Numbered from the stretch's first letter, positions 9,976 to 22,120 are shown. The stretch: 64,000 nt of DNA from Ignavibacteriota bacterium (GCA_963727825.1 CAVSHO010000009.1:736001-800000), one strand, 5' to 3'. The notes: generated by a model not told the origin, from the letters alone. Translations and numbers: made by a program.

Positions 9976-11633
9976 CAATAGAAGATCTCCGTGAGTTAGC
10001 AGAAAAGGAACAAACACGGCAGGCACAATTTGAACACCGTATTTTGTTTTGTTCGTCTGCCGGTTGTGTTTCAAGTGGATGCGACGCAGTGAAAGCCGAG
10101 ATGAAGAAAACAATTGAAGAGTTAGGGTTGACTAAGAAATGCGAATTGATCGGAACTGGCTGTCTTGGTCTCTGCGGTGAAGGTCCCCTGGTGTTTGTGC
10201 ATTCCGATCCGACACTCTATCAGCATGTAGATGCGAAAGTGGCGCGTCGTATCGTGGAAGAACATATTGGCCAGGGAAAGAAAGTAAAAGAGAACGAGAT
10301 TGATTTAAATGATTCATTCTTTTCTTCGCAGAAGAAAATTGTGCTGGAAAACATGGGCAAGATCAATGCCGAGAGCATCGAAGAGTACATCGCGGCAGGC
10401 GGATACGAAGCACTTGCCAAGGTGCTCACCGAATTGACACCGGAAGAAGTAATCGGCGAAGTTCGCAAGGCCGGATTACGCGGAAGAGGCGGTGCAGGTT
10501 ACCCAACAGGATTAAAATGGGATATAGTCCGCAAAGGTGTAGCAGATCAAAAGTATGTTATTTGCAATGCCGATGAAGGAGACCCTGGTGCATTTATGGA
10601 TCGCAGCGTTCTCGAAGGTGATCCGCATCGCGTGTTGGAAGGCATGGCTATTGCCGGATATGCGGTTGGTGCAAGCCAGGGATTCATATATGTACGGGCA
10701 GAATACCCACTTGCTATCGAACGGCTAAAGACAGCAATCAAGCAAGCCGAACGACTTGGACTGCTTGGAAATAGAATTTTTGAATCGCAATTCAACTTCC
10801 GTATTGATATTCGCATTGGCGCTGGTGCATTTGTTTGTGGTGAAGAAACAGCTTTAATGCGATCTATTATGGGGCGCCGCGGCCGTCCGAAAGTGCGGCC
10901 ACCGTATCCGTCGGAAAAAGGATTGTGGGACAAACCCACGCTAATTAATAATGTCGAAACGTATGCCAATATTACGCCAATTCTTGCACGCGGAAGCGCT
11001 TGGTTCACAGGAATTGGTACTCCAAAAAGCCCCGGCACAAAAGTTTTTGCGCTTGCGGGAAAAATTAACCGTAATGGCCTTGTTGAAGTACCGATGGGCA
11101 TTCCACTGAGAAAAATTATTTTCGACATCGGCGGAGGAACTCCGGAAGGAACTGAATTTAAAGCAGCGCAAACCGGCGGACCTTCCGGCGGCTGTATTCC
11201 GAAAGAACATCTCGACCTACCAGTTGATTATGAATCGCTCCAAGCAGTTGGTTCGATCATGGGCAGCGGTGGAATGATCATTATGGATGACACTTCTGAC
11301 ATGGTAGATGTAGCTAAATATTTTATGGATTTTTGTATGGACGAATCGTGCGGCAAGTGTATTCCTTGCCGCGTTGGGACAAAACATATCTATATGCTAC
11401 TCGACAAGATTGTCAACCGTAAAGCGACGCAAGAAGAATTTGAATTATTGAAAGAACTTTGTGTTATGGTAAAAGAGACAAGTCTCTGCGGTCTTGGCCA
11501 AGCAGCGCCGAACCCTGTCCTTTCCACCATTCGATTCTTCAAAGAAGAATATATATCCAAACTGAAAGCTGCGACAGAATTTAATGCAAATGACAGCGAT
11601 CACTCGCCAGCATCTGCCGCGAAGGAGGCATAA
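9972..11633 (+). CDS. hoxF: Bidirectional hydrogenase diaphorase subunit HoxF (NuoF-like)
   Basis: ATG at 9972 overlaps the hoxE stop; N-terminal Trx-like 2Fe-2S domain, [41 protein letters not shown]. Confidence 0.93.
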   Translation: MTIEDLRELAEKEQTRQAQFEHRILFCSSAGCVSSGCDAVKAEMKKTIEELGLTKKCELIGTGCLGLCGEGPLVFVHSDPTLYQHVDAKVARRIVEEHIGQGKKVKENEIDLNDSFFSSQKKIVLENMGKINAESIEEYIAAGGYEALAKVLTELTPEEVIGEVRKAGLRGRGGAGYPTGLKWDIVRKGVADQKYVICNADEGDPGAFMDRSVLEGDPHRVLEGMAIAGYAVGASQGFIYVRAEYPLAIERLKTAIKQAERLGLLGNRIFESQFNFRIDIRIGAGAFVCGEETALMRSIMGRRGRPKVRPPYPSEKGLWDKPTLINNVETYANITPILARGSAWFTGIGTPKSPGTKVFALAGKINRNGLVEVPMGIPLRKIIFDIGGGTPEGTEFKAAQTGGPSGGCIPKEHLDLPVDYESLQAVGSIMGSGGMIIMDDTSDMVDVAKYFMDFCMDESCGKCIPCRVGTKHIYMLLDKIVNRKATQEEFELLKELCVMVKETSLCGLGQAAPNPVLSTIRFFKEEYISKLKAATEFNANDSDHSPASAAKEA

Positions 11634-11636
11634 CAC

Positions 11637-12371
11637 ATGTCAGTTATTACATTTGTCATAGATGAAGAACACTATAGTGCTCAAGAAGGAGATACAATAC
11701 TTCAGGTTGCACGTGATAATAAAATTCATATTCCCACCTTGTGTTATCTTGATGGTTTGTCCACTATTGGCGCTTGTCGATTATGTGTAGTAGAAATCGA
11801 AGGATCGCCAAAATTGTTTCCTGCGTGTACGACAAAACCCACTGAAGGCATCATCGTTCACACTAATACTGAACGGCTGAAAAAATATCGACGGATGATT
11901 GTAGAACTTTTGGCATCTGAAGGAAACCATGAATGTGCTGTTTGTGTGGTCAATGGGCATTGTGAGTTGCAAAATTTGGCATACGAAGTCGGCCTCGACC
12001 ACGTGCGCTTCACCTATCTATTTCCACATAAATCTCTCGATGCCACACACAAAGAATTTGTGCTGGATAGAAATCGCTGCGTCTTGTGTACGCGCTGCGT
12101 GCGTGTCTGCCATGAAGTTGAAGGTGCGCACGTTTGGGATATTGCTGGCAGGGGAATCGATTGTGAAATCATTGCTGAACTTAATCAGCCATGGGGAACA
12201 TCGGAAAGCTGTACCTCTTGTGGTAAATGCGTTCGTGTCTGCCCGACAGGCGCGTTATTTGAGAAAGGCGCTTCAATTGGCGAGATGCAAAAAGAACGTG
12301 GATTTATTAAGTATATCGTAAATGCGCGCAATAAGCGCGAGTGGGTACACACAGCTCAAGAAGATGAATAA
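11637..12371 (+). CDS. hoxU: Bidirectional hydrogenase subunit HoxU
   Basis: IPTLC, GACRLC, HECAVC, CVLCTRC, CTSCGKC..CP. Confidence 0.93.
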   Translation: MSVITFVIDEEHYSAQEGDTILQVARDNKIHIPTLCYLDGLSTIGACRLCVVEIEGSPKLFPACTTKPTEGIIVHTNTERLKKYRRMIVELLASEGNHECAVCVVNGHCELQNLAYEVGLDHVRFTYLFPHKSLDATHKEFVLDRNRCVLCTRCVRVCHEVEGAHVWDIAGRGIDCEIIAELNQPWGTSESCTSCGKCVRVCPTGALFEKGASIGEMQKERGFIKYIVNARNKREWVHTAQEDE

Positions 12372-12449
12372 GATCGATGTAAAATAAATAATTGTTGAAT
12401 AAAAAAATGTAGTGAAAACGGAAACTGAAAACTCTCAACGAGAATAATT

Positions 12450-12986
12450 ATGAAACCAAGAGTAGCAACAGTATGGCTTGGAGGATGTTCCGGCTGTCAT
12501 ATGTCGTTTCTCGATTTAGACGAACGGCTTATTGAGCTTGCAGACAAGATTGAACTTGTCTATTCTCCATTTGCTGATGTGAAAGAATTTCCACAGAATG
12601 TTGATGTCGCACTCGTTGAAGGCGCAATTGCAAACATCGAAAACGAAGAGTTGGCGCATATCGTTCGGAAAAATTCTCGCATTATTATGGCATTCGGTGA
12701 CTGTGCAACGACCGGCAATGTAACTGCAATGAGGAATCCGATACCACTTGAAGAAGTTGAGCGGCGCTCATACATTGAACTTGCAGACAAGAATCCGCAA
12801 ATACCCGATGAATATACAACTATTGCCCAGCTTCTAAAAACAGCGCGGCCGTTGCACGAAGTTATCAAAGTAGACGTATGGCTGCATGGTTGTCCGCCAA
12901 CCGCCGATCAAATTTGGTTCGCTGTGAATGAATTACTGCAAGGTAAAATTCCTGTGTTGCCGCCGGCATATTTACGGTACGGATAA
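12450..12986 (+). CDS. hoxY: NiFe hydrogenase small subunit HoxY
   Basis: GCSGCHMS, GDCA, GCPP; short single-cluster small subunit. Confidence 0.93.
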   Translation: MKPRVATVWLGGCSGCHMSFLDLDERLIELADKIELVYSPFADVKEFPQNVDVALVEGAIANIENEELAHIVRKNSRIIMAFGDCATTGNVTAMRNPIPLEEVERRSYIELADKNPQIPDEYTTIAQLLKTARPLHEVIKVDVWLHGCPPTADQIWFAVNELLQGKIPVLPPAYLRYG

Positions 12987-13059
12987 TCGGATATCTAGAG
13001 CACGTTCCTTTATGAAATTTATAAAGGCAAAAATATTAATTGATTGAACTGAGAAAAAT

Positions 13060-14493
13060 ATGTCAAAAACAATAACATTAGCGCCTGTGACTCGCATCGA
13101 GGGTCACGCAAAGATCACTATTCAGTTGGATGATAACAGCGATGTCTTAGATGCTAAATTTCATGTAAATGAATTTCGGGGATTCGAAAAGTTCACGGAA
13201 GGCAGATTACTCTGGGAAATGCCGGGTATTACATCGCGAATTTGTGGTATCTGTCCGGCCAGCCATCTTTTAACATCGGCAAAAGCCGGTGATGATATTC
13301 TTGCGGTAGAAATTCCGGAGACCGCCGAGAAATTACGCCGCCTGCTAACGCTCGCACAGTGGCTGCAATCTCACGCGCTCAGTTTTTTCCATCTTTCTGC
13401 ACCGGATTTTCTGCTGGGCTTCGATTCCAATCCGGCAACGAGAAATGTGTTCGGCCTTATCGCTGCCGATAAAGAATTTGCAAAGCGTGGTATTCGTTTG
13501 CGAAAGTTTGGTCAGGAAATCATCGAGATTCTTGGCAGCCGCCGCATCCATACACCGTGGACGGTTCCGGGCGGTGTTCGCGAACCGCTCGATCCTGCAA
13601 AGAAAGATTATATGCTCGGCTGGATTCCTGAAGCGAAAGAAACTGTCGGGCTTGCTTTGGATGCGGTAAAGAAAATACATAAGAAGTTTGCAAAAGAAAT
13701 TCCAGAGTTCGGTAATTTCCGCTCACTACTTGTCGGACTTGTTTCTAAAGATGGCGGACTTGAGTACTATGACGGTTTTCTTCGCATTATGGATGGAAAT
13801 GGAAATACAATTGCCGACAAATTAGATCCAAAGAAGTTTTTTGAATACTTTGGTGAAGCAGTAGAGCCGTGGTCCTATTTGAAATTCCCGTACTATAAGC
13901 CGTTCGATTATCCAAAAGGAATGTACCGGGTTGGCCCATTGGCACGCTTGAACATTTGCGATTACATAGAAACACCGCTGGCAGAAGCTGAACGAAAGGT
14001 CTTTAAAAAGCTTGGCGGGAACGTTGGTGTTGTGAATAACTCATTCTATTATCATTATGCCCGCTGCATTGAAATGCTCTTTGCGGTAGAGAAAATAGAA
14101 ATGCTGCTAAACGATCCTGCAATTCTTGGTACAAATATTCGCTCTATGGCATCCATAAATAGGAGCGAGGGTGTCGGTTGTACCGAAGCGCCTCGCGGCA
14201 TCTTGTTCCACCATTACCACGTAAATAAAGACGGTGTTATCCAGAAAGCAAATCTTGTCATTGCGACAGCGCAGAATAATATAGCAATGAATCGTACTGT
14301 CCGCCAGATTGCGACGCATTTTATCGACGGCAAGAAAGGAAAAATTACAGAAGGCATTTTGAATCGTGTTGAAGCTGGAATCCGCTGTTACGATCCTTGC
14401 TTATCGTGTTCAACGCATGCGCTTGGCCAGATGCCGTTGCATGTAGAATTGGTAAATGCAAATGGAAAGGTACCTGACGAAGTTCGGCGATGA
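13060..14493 (+). CDS. hoxH: NiFe hydrogenase large subunit HoxH (group 3d)
   Basis: TRIEGH, L1 [11 protein letters not shown]2 [10 protein letters not shown] plus a cleavable C-terminal tail. Confidence 0.95.
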   Translation: MSKTITLAPVTRIEGHAKITIQLDDNSDVLDAKFHVNEFRGFEKFTEGRLLWEMPGITSRICGICPASHLLTSAKAGDDILAVEIPETAEKLRRLLTLAQWLQSHALSFFHLSAPDFLLGFDSNPATRNVFGLIAADKEFAKRGIRLRKFGQEIIEILGSRRIHTPWTVPGGVREPLDPAKKDYMLGWIPEAKETVGLALDAVKKIHKKFAKEIPEFGNFRSLLVGLVSKDGGLEYYDGFLRIMDGNGNTIADKLDPKKFFEYFGEAVEPWSYLKFPYYKPFDYPKGMYRVGPLARLNICDYIETPLAEAERKVFKKLGGNVGVVNNSFYYHYARCIEMLFAVEKIEMLLNDPAILGTNIRSMASINRSEGVGCTEAPRGILFHHYHVNKDGVIQKANLVIATAQNNIAMNRTVRQIATHFIDGKKGKITEGILNRVEAGIRCYDPCLSCSTHALGQMPLHVELVNANGKVPDEVRR

Positions 14494-14924
14494 GCAAAAT
14501 ACTCGTCATCGGTTATGGCAACACGCTTCGTGGCGACGATGCGGCGGGCGTTCATGCCGCCGAGTTGATTGCAAAACACCATCCTGAAATCATCTGTGTT
14601 TGTGTGCACCAGCTTATGCCTGAATTAGCGGAACAGATAGCTGAATGCAACATTGTCTTCTTTATCGATGCGCAAAAAGATATCACTGAAACGAATGTAC
14701 GGCTTGTTACGCCCAATGTCGAGGCAGATCAGCCGCGCACTCATTTTATCTCGCCAGAATCTCTTCTTGCTCTGACTCAACAATTATACCAGCATTTACC
14801 AGCCAAGACATACGTGGTCGGTATCCCCGCATCACAGTTTGAATTCAGCGAAAAGCTTTCCGCACAAACAGATCAAGCAATGCATGAATGTGTTAGTTTA
14901 GTAGAAAAATACTTGACGCTATAA
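14490..14924 (+). CDS. hoxW: Hydrogenase maturation protease HoxW
   Basis: [14 protein letters not shown]; overlaps the hoxH stop. Confidence 0.88.
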   Translation: MSKILVIGYGNTLRGDDAAGVHAAELIAKHHPEIICVCVHQLMPELAEQIAECNIVFFIDAQKDITETNVRLVTPNVEADQPRTHFISPESLLALTQQLYQHLPAKTYVVGIPASQFEFSEKLSAQTDQAMHECVSLVEKYLTL

Positions 14925-15068
14925 ATAAAAACGGTCATCGTATTTCTACGACAACCATTTTTCTATTCAAGAGATATGTGTTTTTCCGGAAAAATTATTT
15001 CTTCGACATAATTAATAGAAGTGCGATCGCAACATAACTATGATTAGACTTCACCCTTTGTGTGTATG

Positions 15069-18000
15069 CTATCTCGCTATCAATTTAACTTGGGTAATTT
15101 GATTTATTCCTTCTCTGGAAAATGTTACTTCAACTATATCCCCCGGTTGGAAATTCTTCAAAGCATCTGAGTATTCACGTAAATTTGTTACTTCGTACTT
15201 GTCAATTTTCAAAATGACATCGCCTTTTTGCAGGCCTGCTTTCGCTGCCGGAGAATCCGGCGAACGATCCGCGATCCGAACTCCTGTGCCAGAATATTCA
15301 AAATCCGGCATACTACCTGTCGTGACTTTTCTCTCGCTATTGGTTTGAGGCTTCTTCGCTTCTGTCACCACCTGGCCTTGAAACGTAAGCGCACCTTCTC
15401 GATCAGCGAGATAGAGAATTGCTTCGCGAGCAACAGTTGCAACCTTCACTAACCCGGCTCCGTCAATCTTATCGGGAGTATCTGTGGGCTTGTGGTAATC
15501 CTCGTATGCACCGGCAAAGAATTGAACGCCAGGAACTCCGACGGCTATGAAGCTTCGTTCATCGCTCGCATCAAGATCCTGTGTCACCATTTCTGATTCC
15601 ACTCCCGTGGCATAGCCCGCTCCCATAAAGATAAATTTCCATTCACGAGCACTATTACTGCTTAATATGAGGAGTTTCTTGGCACCTAACCGGCCTACTG
15701 CATCAAAGTTCAAAACTCCGACAGCCTTCTTTGCAGGGAATCGTTTCATAGTGTTGACATAATATTTTGATCCGACACGTCCTTCTTCTTCATTTGTAAA
15801 GGCAATAAAGACAATCGTCCGTTGCGGATTCAAAGTTTTTCCGAGCAATCCAGCGATTTCCAGCATAACCGCGACACCACTCGCATTATCATCTGCACCG
15901 GGATGAATCTTTCCCACGTTCCCAGCACTTCCTCCCGGCCATCCAAGACCGAGATGATCGTAGTGTGCACAGATCACAACCGATTCATCACTCAATTTTT
16001 GATTCACACCGGGAATAATGCCTATAATGTTTTTGACTGGCGACTTTGTTCCTTTTTGATCGACTACATCGTCCCAAGTTTGAGTGTAACTCCCATCATC
16101 TGAGCCTGGCTGCAATCCAGCTTGCTTGAATTTCTCCACAATATAATCGGCTGCTTTTGCTATGCCTGCAGAACCAGGTGCTCTACCAGCCAATTCTGGA
16201 CTTGCAAGAAAATTCACCGTGTTCAGCATTCTCTCTGCAGAAAAAACAGGAGCCAGTACTGCAAGAGCTTTGCGCGCAGGAAGTTCCGTATATACATGCT
16301 TCTCCTCCGGTGCAATTCGTGCAACTAACGGAGAATTGGATGATTCCCACTCCCCCTTTTCTATATTCGTCGGTTCGTTTCCTTCAAACACGAGATAGCT
16401 ATACTTGCCATAATGTGGCAGTTTCTTGGCAAGCCCTTGAGCAGCTTCCTTACTGTCGGTTGATAACAGGACCAGAACTGCCGATGGGTTCTTCGGATTT
16501 CGAACAGAAATGATATAACTATTCATATTCCTCTTGTAAGTAGCATTCCCAAGCCGTACAGATTCAGCTGTTATTTCTGCATGATACTCCTTGAGCCCTT
16601 CTTTCACAGTTGACGCATATATATTTTCCATTCCAAAGATCCAAACATTTTCGTCCGCTGGAAGTTTGGGAAGTTCACGATCTAATAAAATCCGGATTCT
16701 TTTCGTAGAGTCGTTTGCCCAGGCTTTTGCCAATCCCCGATAATATTCCAGACTCCGCTGATCCGCTTTCGATGGCAAAAGGATCAGTAACTCTTCTGAT
16801 CCAAAAATCTTAGACAGCGAAGGTGGAATTTCATTATAATGCAGTTTACGGAATATGTCAAACTGAGGATCAATCCGTACGAGCAACGGATTTTCCGGAA
16901 GATCCAACTCGAACGTCTGTTCCTTCTGCGTCATCGCCACATTCTTGATCTCGGCTTTTTTTTCATAAGAGATTACAACCGGGATGTCAAGTATAAAAGC
17001 ATCGTCGTTTTGGACTTGCTTGAGAGTAAACTGAAGGTGATAGCTATTTTTGCTTTCCATACACTGAACATTTGAGAGATTGAGTTCAGGTGCTCCTTTT
17101 CGTTCTACCCATTGATCAAAGAATGGTTTTAGATCTTTGCCAGTTACACCTTCAAACGCGAGGCGGATGCTGTTAAAGGATGCTGCCTTGAACTTGTTAT
17201 CTCGATTGAATTTTTGAAAACCCTTCACAAAAGATTCGTCTCCTACCAAAACACGCAACATGTCCCACATCATCATGCTTTTTCCATATCCAATAGCTTC
17301 GGACGATGAATTGCTTCGCGATGTGAATTTATTCAATGGAAAATCGTTGGTTGGATTAACATAATCCGTGTAATTCTGGAGTGCCGTGCGCCGATATTCT
17401 GCTCCTTGCCCGCGCTGTTCTGCGATTAAATGATCAGCCATATACACCGTAAGACCTTCACACCAGTTCCCAGAATTGAAATCGACATACACACTATTGC
17501 CCCAGTAATTATGCAGAAGTTCATGCGGATAAGAAGAATTCAGGATGAAGGGGAAGCGAATGATTTGCTCTCCGAGAAGCGTGAATGATGGCATGCCGTA
17601 GCCTGTTTCCCAAAAGTTCTCTACGAGCGCAAACTTGGTAAACGGATATGGGCCTATGAGCTTTCGATACATTTCGAGATACTGGGCTGTCGTTTCGAGG
17701 TACTTGTTCGCAAGCGCTTCATCAGGGGTACGCAGGAATGCCATGACATCGGTCGCGCCGGCGGAGAGTGCATATTCCTTGAAACGAGCCGCAATCAGAT
17801 ACGCTTCTTCCATCAGCTCCGGTGAATCCCATCTGGAAACACGAACACCATTTTTTATTTCATGGAAAATCCTTTTCCCTTGGCTGACAACCTCCCAAGG
17901 ATCTGACATTGTCGTTGTCAATTCGAAAGTGATCAACTCTTTATTGAACCACGGAATCCAATATGTCGATCCCGCAAGATAGACGCCCTTTGCATCAATT

Positions 18001-18497
18001 ATTCCCGGCGTTTGACTGAACCCTCTTGCGTACTCTTCACCCACCTGCCTAATAGGATAGTTGATTACACCACTGAACTTGAGGGTGAACGTGACAGTGT
18101 TCACACTCTGCTCCTTGAAGGTCAAAGAATATTTATTCAGAATATAATTTTCAGTCGTAGTGAAATCCTCGCGATCCATCCCTAGACCTTCTGCTTTCAC
18201 ACCGGCCTGATCCAACGCGATAACAACCCCTGGAGTCTCAGAGATTACTGTCAGATTCGAATTGAGAATGAAGTGCATAAGCGGCTTTGTCTGTTCCGCT
18301 GGGATGGTAATCTGATCTGTTACTTCGATGAAATGATTTTCAGGATTCACCGTTGCATTAAGCTTATGATGGATTCCGTTATCTGCATAAGCAAGAGACA
18401 TGGAAAAGAAGAGGACAAGCATTCGTGTACATATTCGAAGCATATTTTTTCTCCGTAAGTAATTTTCTTGATTCACCTTTTTTATCCTATTATTCAT
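15069..18497 (-). CDS. Secreted multidomain peptidase: M1-like + M28 + PDZ (probable start near 18443)
   Basis: M1 HELLH with downstream EGL; M28 AHYDHLG, GADDNASG, EEEG, YHKPTD; PDZ SPAAKAGLQKGDVI. Confidence 0.85.
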   Translation of the reverse strand: MNNRIKKVNQENYLRRKNMLRICTRMLVLFFSMSLAYADNGIHHKLNATVNPENHFIEVTDQITIPAEQTKPLMHFILNSNLTVISETPGVVIALDQAGVKAEGLGMDREDFTTTENYILNKYSLTFKEQSVNTVTFTLKFSGVINYPIRQVGEEYARGFSQTPGIIDAKGVYLAGSTYWIPWFNKELITFELTTTMSDPWEVVSQGKRIFHEIKNGVRVSRWDSPELMEEAYLIAARFKEYALSAGATDVMAFLRTPDEALANKYLETTAQYLEMYRKLIGPYPFTKFALVENFWETGYGMPSFTLLGEQIIRFPFILNSSYPHELLHNYWGNSVYVDFNSGNWCEGLTVYMADHLIAEQRGQGAEYRRTALQNYTDYVNPTNDFPLNKFTSRSNSSSEAIGYGKSMMMWDMLRVLVGDESFVKGFQKFNRDNKFKAASFNSIRLAFEGVTGKDLKPFFDQWVERKGAPELNLSNVQCMESKNSYHLQFTLKQVQNDDAFILDIPVVISYEKKAEIKNVAMTQKEQTFELDLPENPLLVRIDPQFDIFRKLHYNEIPPSLSKIFGSEELLILLPSKADQRSLEYYRGLAKAWANDSTKRIRILLDRELPKLPADENVWIFGMENIYASTVKEGLKEYHAEITAESVRLGNATYKRNMNSYIISVRNPKNPSAVLVLLSTDSKEAAQGLAKKLPHYGKYSYLVFEGNEPTNIEKGEWESSNSPLVARIAPEEKHVYTELPARKALAVLAPVFSAERMLNTVNFLASPELAGRAPGSAGIAKAADYIVEKFKQAGLQPGSDDGSYTQTWDDVVDQKGTKSPVKNIIGIIPGVNQKLSDESVVICAHYDHLGLGWPGGSAGNVGKIHPGADDNASGVAVMLEIAGLLGKTLNPQRTIVFIAFTNEEEGRVGSKYYVNTMKRFPAKKAVGVLNFDAVGRLGAKKLLILSSNSAREWKFIFMGAGYATGVESEMVTQDLDASDERSFIAVGVPGVQFFAGAYEDYHKPTDTPDKIDGAGLVKVATVAREAILYLADREGALTFQGQVVTEAKKPQTNSERKVTTGSMPDFEYSGTGVRIADRSPDSPAAKAGLQKGDVILKIDKYEVTNLREYSDALKNFQPGDIVEVTFSREGINQITQVKLIAR

Positions 18498-18575
18498 ATT
18501 AAAATAAATCAGTGCAAATCCATTCTCTCACTCTTTCCTGTCTTGCGATAAGAAGGAGAAGATTCGATAAATACC

Positions 18576-19377
18576 TTACTTCATTTTTGAATAATCAAGC
18601 TCGGAACCGAGCAGACTGTGTGGAATGAGGAAAGCAATAAGTGTAATGAGTGCAGCACCGAGAATCCATCGTTTTGGATTTGGAGATCTCTTTAATGCAA
18701 TTGCGGCTGACAATCCAACTGAGAATCGCAACCGCCAATTTATTATCTGTCAGGTCAGTACCAAATGGCCAGCCAGTCCAATAAACATCGAACGCGTACT
18801 TCTGAACAACTGGCCCAAGAACCATTCCGCCCACGAAGAGTAATGTAACGGTCCAATAAGTAAAAGCTGTGTAATGTGGCTCTTTGGCGAATATTTCTAT
18901 TCCAGTGCGCGTAGAAAATAGCATTGCGCCAAAAATGACAATGATATGAAAAATAAGCACCGCATTTGGTACCGCGCCTTTAAATCGAATGATGATTGAT
19001 CCATCTGCGGGGAGCACAACAGTCCGGATTGAATCTTGAAGATATACCCGATACTGAAGTTTTCCTGCCGGCGGCTGCAAAGGAATTTCGGCAGAGAGCA
19101 ATCCATTTTCGTAGTTCATATCGACGCGTGTCCATTCATCGTTTGTCTTGTTCCGTTTCCATTGAGCGAATCCGTGAATACTCGGATCACCTGTACGAAT
19201 TTGTATTCTGTGGTTTCTGATGCTTTCTTCACTTTTTTTCAACTTATAGAGAATTTCCTTTCCGTTCATCGACACGCTTCCGGTTACAGGGTGTGTTGGC
19301 CCGGTCATTCGTTGATAAATTGCCGAGACAGCTGTAATGAGGAATGCGAGAATCCAGAAAAGAAAAGAACGTTTCAT
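18576..19377 (-). CDS. Hypothetical membrane protein with a +1 frameshift near 18708
   Basis: Removing one base restores a TM C-terminus WIVAAIALKRSPNPKRWILGAALITLIAFLIPHSLLGSELDYSKMK* (266 aa); contains WTGWPFGTDLTDNK. Confidence 0.7.
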
Positions 19378-19832
19378 ATATTATTCCAATAAATTATTTA
19401 AGTGTATTTCAAACCGCGATAACTTTCTGCCGAAATCTTCAATATCGTCTGCTAGTCATTATTAAAACAATTTATGCAAAGTGTTTCGGGAAAAAAATCT
19501 CAAAGAATCAATTTTGACAGTAACTTCAGCTTAACAATCATAAACCGATTTAATCTACCCCTAATAAATGTTTCAATAATAAGTTAGTGATCTCCTTCGG
19601 TATCAGCAAGTTTAAAAGGATAAGAAGTTTTATTTGAGATCAACAACAATTAACGGACATGACATTATTTACTTGATTTTCATATCTCCTTCTAAGTAGA
19701 TCTGAGGGGAATAGACAGATTAGAAGATTTGACCTTTAAAAATAATATTGGGGATATTTTGAATAAAAATTAAAATGTTACTTTATTTAGTTACACAATC
19801 TTGGTAACTTTTTCCCAACTAGGAACGGTGAC

Positions 19833-20195
19833 ATGAATAATAATATACAGAATGCGCGTTTTGATTTCATCGAGTTTCCGGTTAAATTTCTTACTGATCT
19901 ATTAAAGACAAAATCCTTTTATTCAACTGTATTTGGATGGTCATATAAAGATTGGGGCGATGATTATTCGGACACGAAGGACAGTGGATTAGGAAGTGGT
20001 TTGAATGCCGATCCATCACATAAATCTAAAAATCCTCTTGCAGTGATTTATGTAGATGCAATTGAGGTGTCAAAAGAAGCCGTTATTTCTGCAGGTGGGC
20101 AGATTACTCGCGATATATTTTCATTTCCAGGAGGTCGTCGCTTTCATTTTATCGACCCAGCAGGAAATGAACTTGCTGTTTGGTCTGAAAAGTAA
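19833..20195 (+). CDS. VOC/glyoxalase-family protein
   Basis: FIEFPV, FYSTVFGW, FPGGRRFHFIDPAGNELAVW. Confidence 0.88.
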   Translation: MNNNIQNARFDFIEFPVKFLTDLLKTKSFYSTVFGWSYKDWGDDYSDTKDSGLGSGLNADPSHKSKNPLAVIYVDAIEVSKEAVISAGGQITRDIFSFPGGRRFHFIDPAGNELAVWSEK

Positions 20196-20377
20196 AGATC
20201 ATAACTGTTATATGGCTTTGATTCAAATTAACGTTTTTATTGTTAAATTTGGATTTTGCAAATCATATGCTGATAGATATATTTAAAACGGATTCTTACA
20301 ATCGTACCGAAGCATGTGATGCCGGCGAAACAACGATTGGTTATTAAACAATAATCATAACAAAGGAGGACATAGTT

Positions 20378-20848
20378 ATGAAGGGCAACGATAAACTTCT
20401 CACAACATTGAACGAACTTTTAGCAGAAGAACTTACTGCTATTAGCCAGTATATGGTGCACTCGGAAATGTACGACAACTGGGGTTATGCAAAACTGCAC
20501 AAGTCGATTGAGAAACAGGCCGTCGATGAAATGAAACATGCTGAATGGCTAATCGGGCGTATTCTTTTCTTAGAAGGCATACCGATTATGTCCAAGCTCA
20601 ATCAAATCAAAATTGGTGCCGATATTCCTGCTATGCTATTGAACGATAGCAATGGAGAACAGACCGCAGTTCAGTTATATAACAAAGCTATCAATCTAGC
20701 GCGCGAAGTTTCTGATGCGGGGACAGCCGATTTATTTACAAAGATTCTTCTTATGGAAGAAGGACACGGCGATTGGCTGGGACAGCAACGTGATCAAATA
20801 GCACAAATTGGAATACAAAATTACTTGGCGAACCAGACGGGTGAATAA
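20378..20848 (+). CDS. bfr: Bacterioferritin
   Basis: MKG start, ELTAISQY, DEMKHA (ferroxidase residues and heme Met), RILFLEG, EEGH; RBS AAGGAGGA. Confidence 0.93.
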   Translation: MKGNDKLLTTLNELLAEELTAISQYMVHSEMYDNWGYAKLHKSIEKQAVDEMKHAEWLIGRILFLEGIPIMSKLNQIKIGADIPAMLLNDSNGEQTAVQLYNKAINLAREVSDAGTADLFTKILLMEEGHGDWLGQQRDQIAQIGIQNYLANQTGE

Positions 20849-20882
20849 CAACATGCGGATCTTGTTTCGACAATAGAATTTA

Positions 20883-20920
20883 AAAGCGAGTATGGGAGAT
20901 TCTGTGCTCGCTTTATTTTG
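20883..20920 (+). terminator. Intrinsic terminator after bfr
   Basis: AAAGCGAG...CTCGCTTT stem followed by ATTTTG. Confidence 0.7.
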
Positions 20921-20972
20921 TGCAAGAAAAAACCATTCACCTGTTCACTTTATGAGATAAACTAAATATCCT

Positions 20973-22058
20973 GTGAAACTCTTTACTCCTGATATGAAAA
21001 TGGCTGATGTTATTCACGGAAATTATTTATTAATGCCCGTAATCAATCGTTTTGGTGTATCACTGGGTGTCGGTGAGAAGACGGTGCGTGCAGTTTGTCG
21101 ACAACATAAAATTGATGTCGACTTCTTTTTAACAATTATCAATGCATATTCTCAAGAACATTATTTTCAGGAAAAGAAACTTCAGACGTTCAATGTACTA
21201 ATGATTGTCGATTATCTGCAAAAAACGCATCGATATTATATCGAAGCACAAGTTCCACTAATAGAAAAGCTGCTTAACAACCTGCTCCGCAAAGGCTCTG
21301 TCGATGTAAAGCGGCTTAGGCTCATCAAGAAATTTTTTCTGGAGTATAAGCAAGAGTTATTAAGCCATTTGGAACGGGAAGATGTCACGACCTTTCCTTA
21401 TGTTCGGAAAGTATATCGCCTGTTCAATACTCTTCGTCCCACTGCACAAGAAAAAAGGGCCCTCTCAAAATATTCCATGCACGTATATGAAGAGGAACAT
21501 AATAACGTTGATGAAAAACTCTACGACTTAAAAAATATCCTTATCAAATATATTCACGGCGATTCGATGGAACGGTTGTATCAAGAGGTAATCTTTGAGC
21601 TTTTCCGTCTTGAGAAAGACATTCTCGATCACACACGCATCGAGGATAATATTTTACTCCCGCTTGTGGCTGAAATGGAAGATGCATTGTTTTATCCAGA
21701 GGAACATTCAAAACGTACTGCGGGGAAAAACGCACTTACACAAAAGGCGACAAAAACGCTTGTGACACCCGAAGTAAAACCAAGCGAATCGCCGCAAGCA
21801 TTATATCGGATACCCTCTCATATTTCTAAAACAGGAACACAACAGTTTGAAGAACTCACTAAACGAGAACTTGAAGTTCTTCAACTTGTAGCATGTGGTT
21901 TTTTGAATAAACAAATTGCAGATAAACTTTCCATTAGCCTTCATACTGTTATTTCTCATAGAAAAAATATTACACGTAAACTCCAAATTAAAACTATCGC
22001 CGGGTTGACTGTGTACGCTTTGCTCAATGGATTGATTTCTCCAAAAAACATCACCTGA
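20973..22058 (+). CDS. Hemerythrin-like (ScdA/RIC-type) domain fused to a C-terminal LuxR HTH
   Basis: YLQKTHRYY, HLERED, EEEH, HTRIEDNILLP; C-terminal LTKRELEVL..NKQIADKLSISLHTVISHRKNI. Confidence 0.85.
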   Translation: MKLFTPDMKMADVIHGNYLLMPVINRFGVSLGVGEKTVRAVCRQHKIDVDFFLTIINAYSQEHYFQEKKLQTFNVLMIVDYLQKTHRYYIEAQVPLIEKLLNNLLRKGSVDVKRLRLIKKFFLEYKQELLSHLEREDVTTFPYVRKVYRLFNTLRPTAQEKRALSKYSMHVYEEEHNNVDEKLYDLKNILIKYIHGDSMERLYQEVIFELFRLEKDILDHTRIEDNILLPLVAEMEDALFYPEEHSKRTAGKNALTQKATKTLVTPEVKPSESPQALYRIPSHISKTGTQQFEELTKRELEVLQLVACGFLNKQIADKLSISLHTVISHRKNITRKLQIKTIAGLTVYALLNGLISPKNIT

Positions 22059-22120
22059 TTATCCTCGCTCTAATTTTGAATTTTAACATCCCACTCTGAT
22101 TCCTTCTAGGGTATTTATAA

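Noticed and set aside
19833-20290. VOC gene as a solitary cassette
   Set aside because: TCATAAC follows the stop, but no matching attC structure was found.
20340-20370. Fur box upstream of bfr
   Set aside because: AACAATAATCATAAC is only a partial match in AT-rich DNA.
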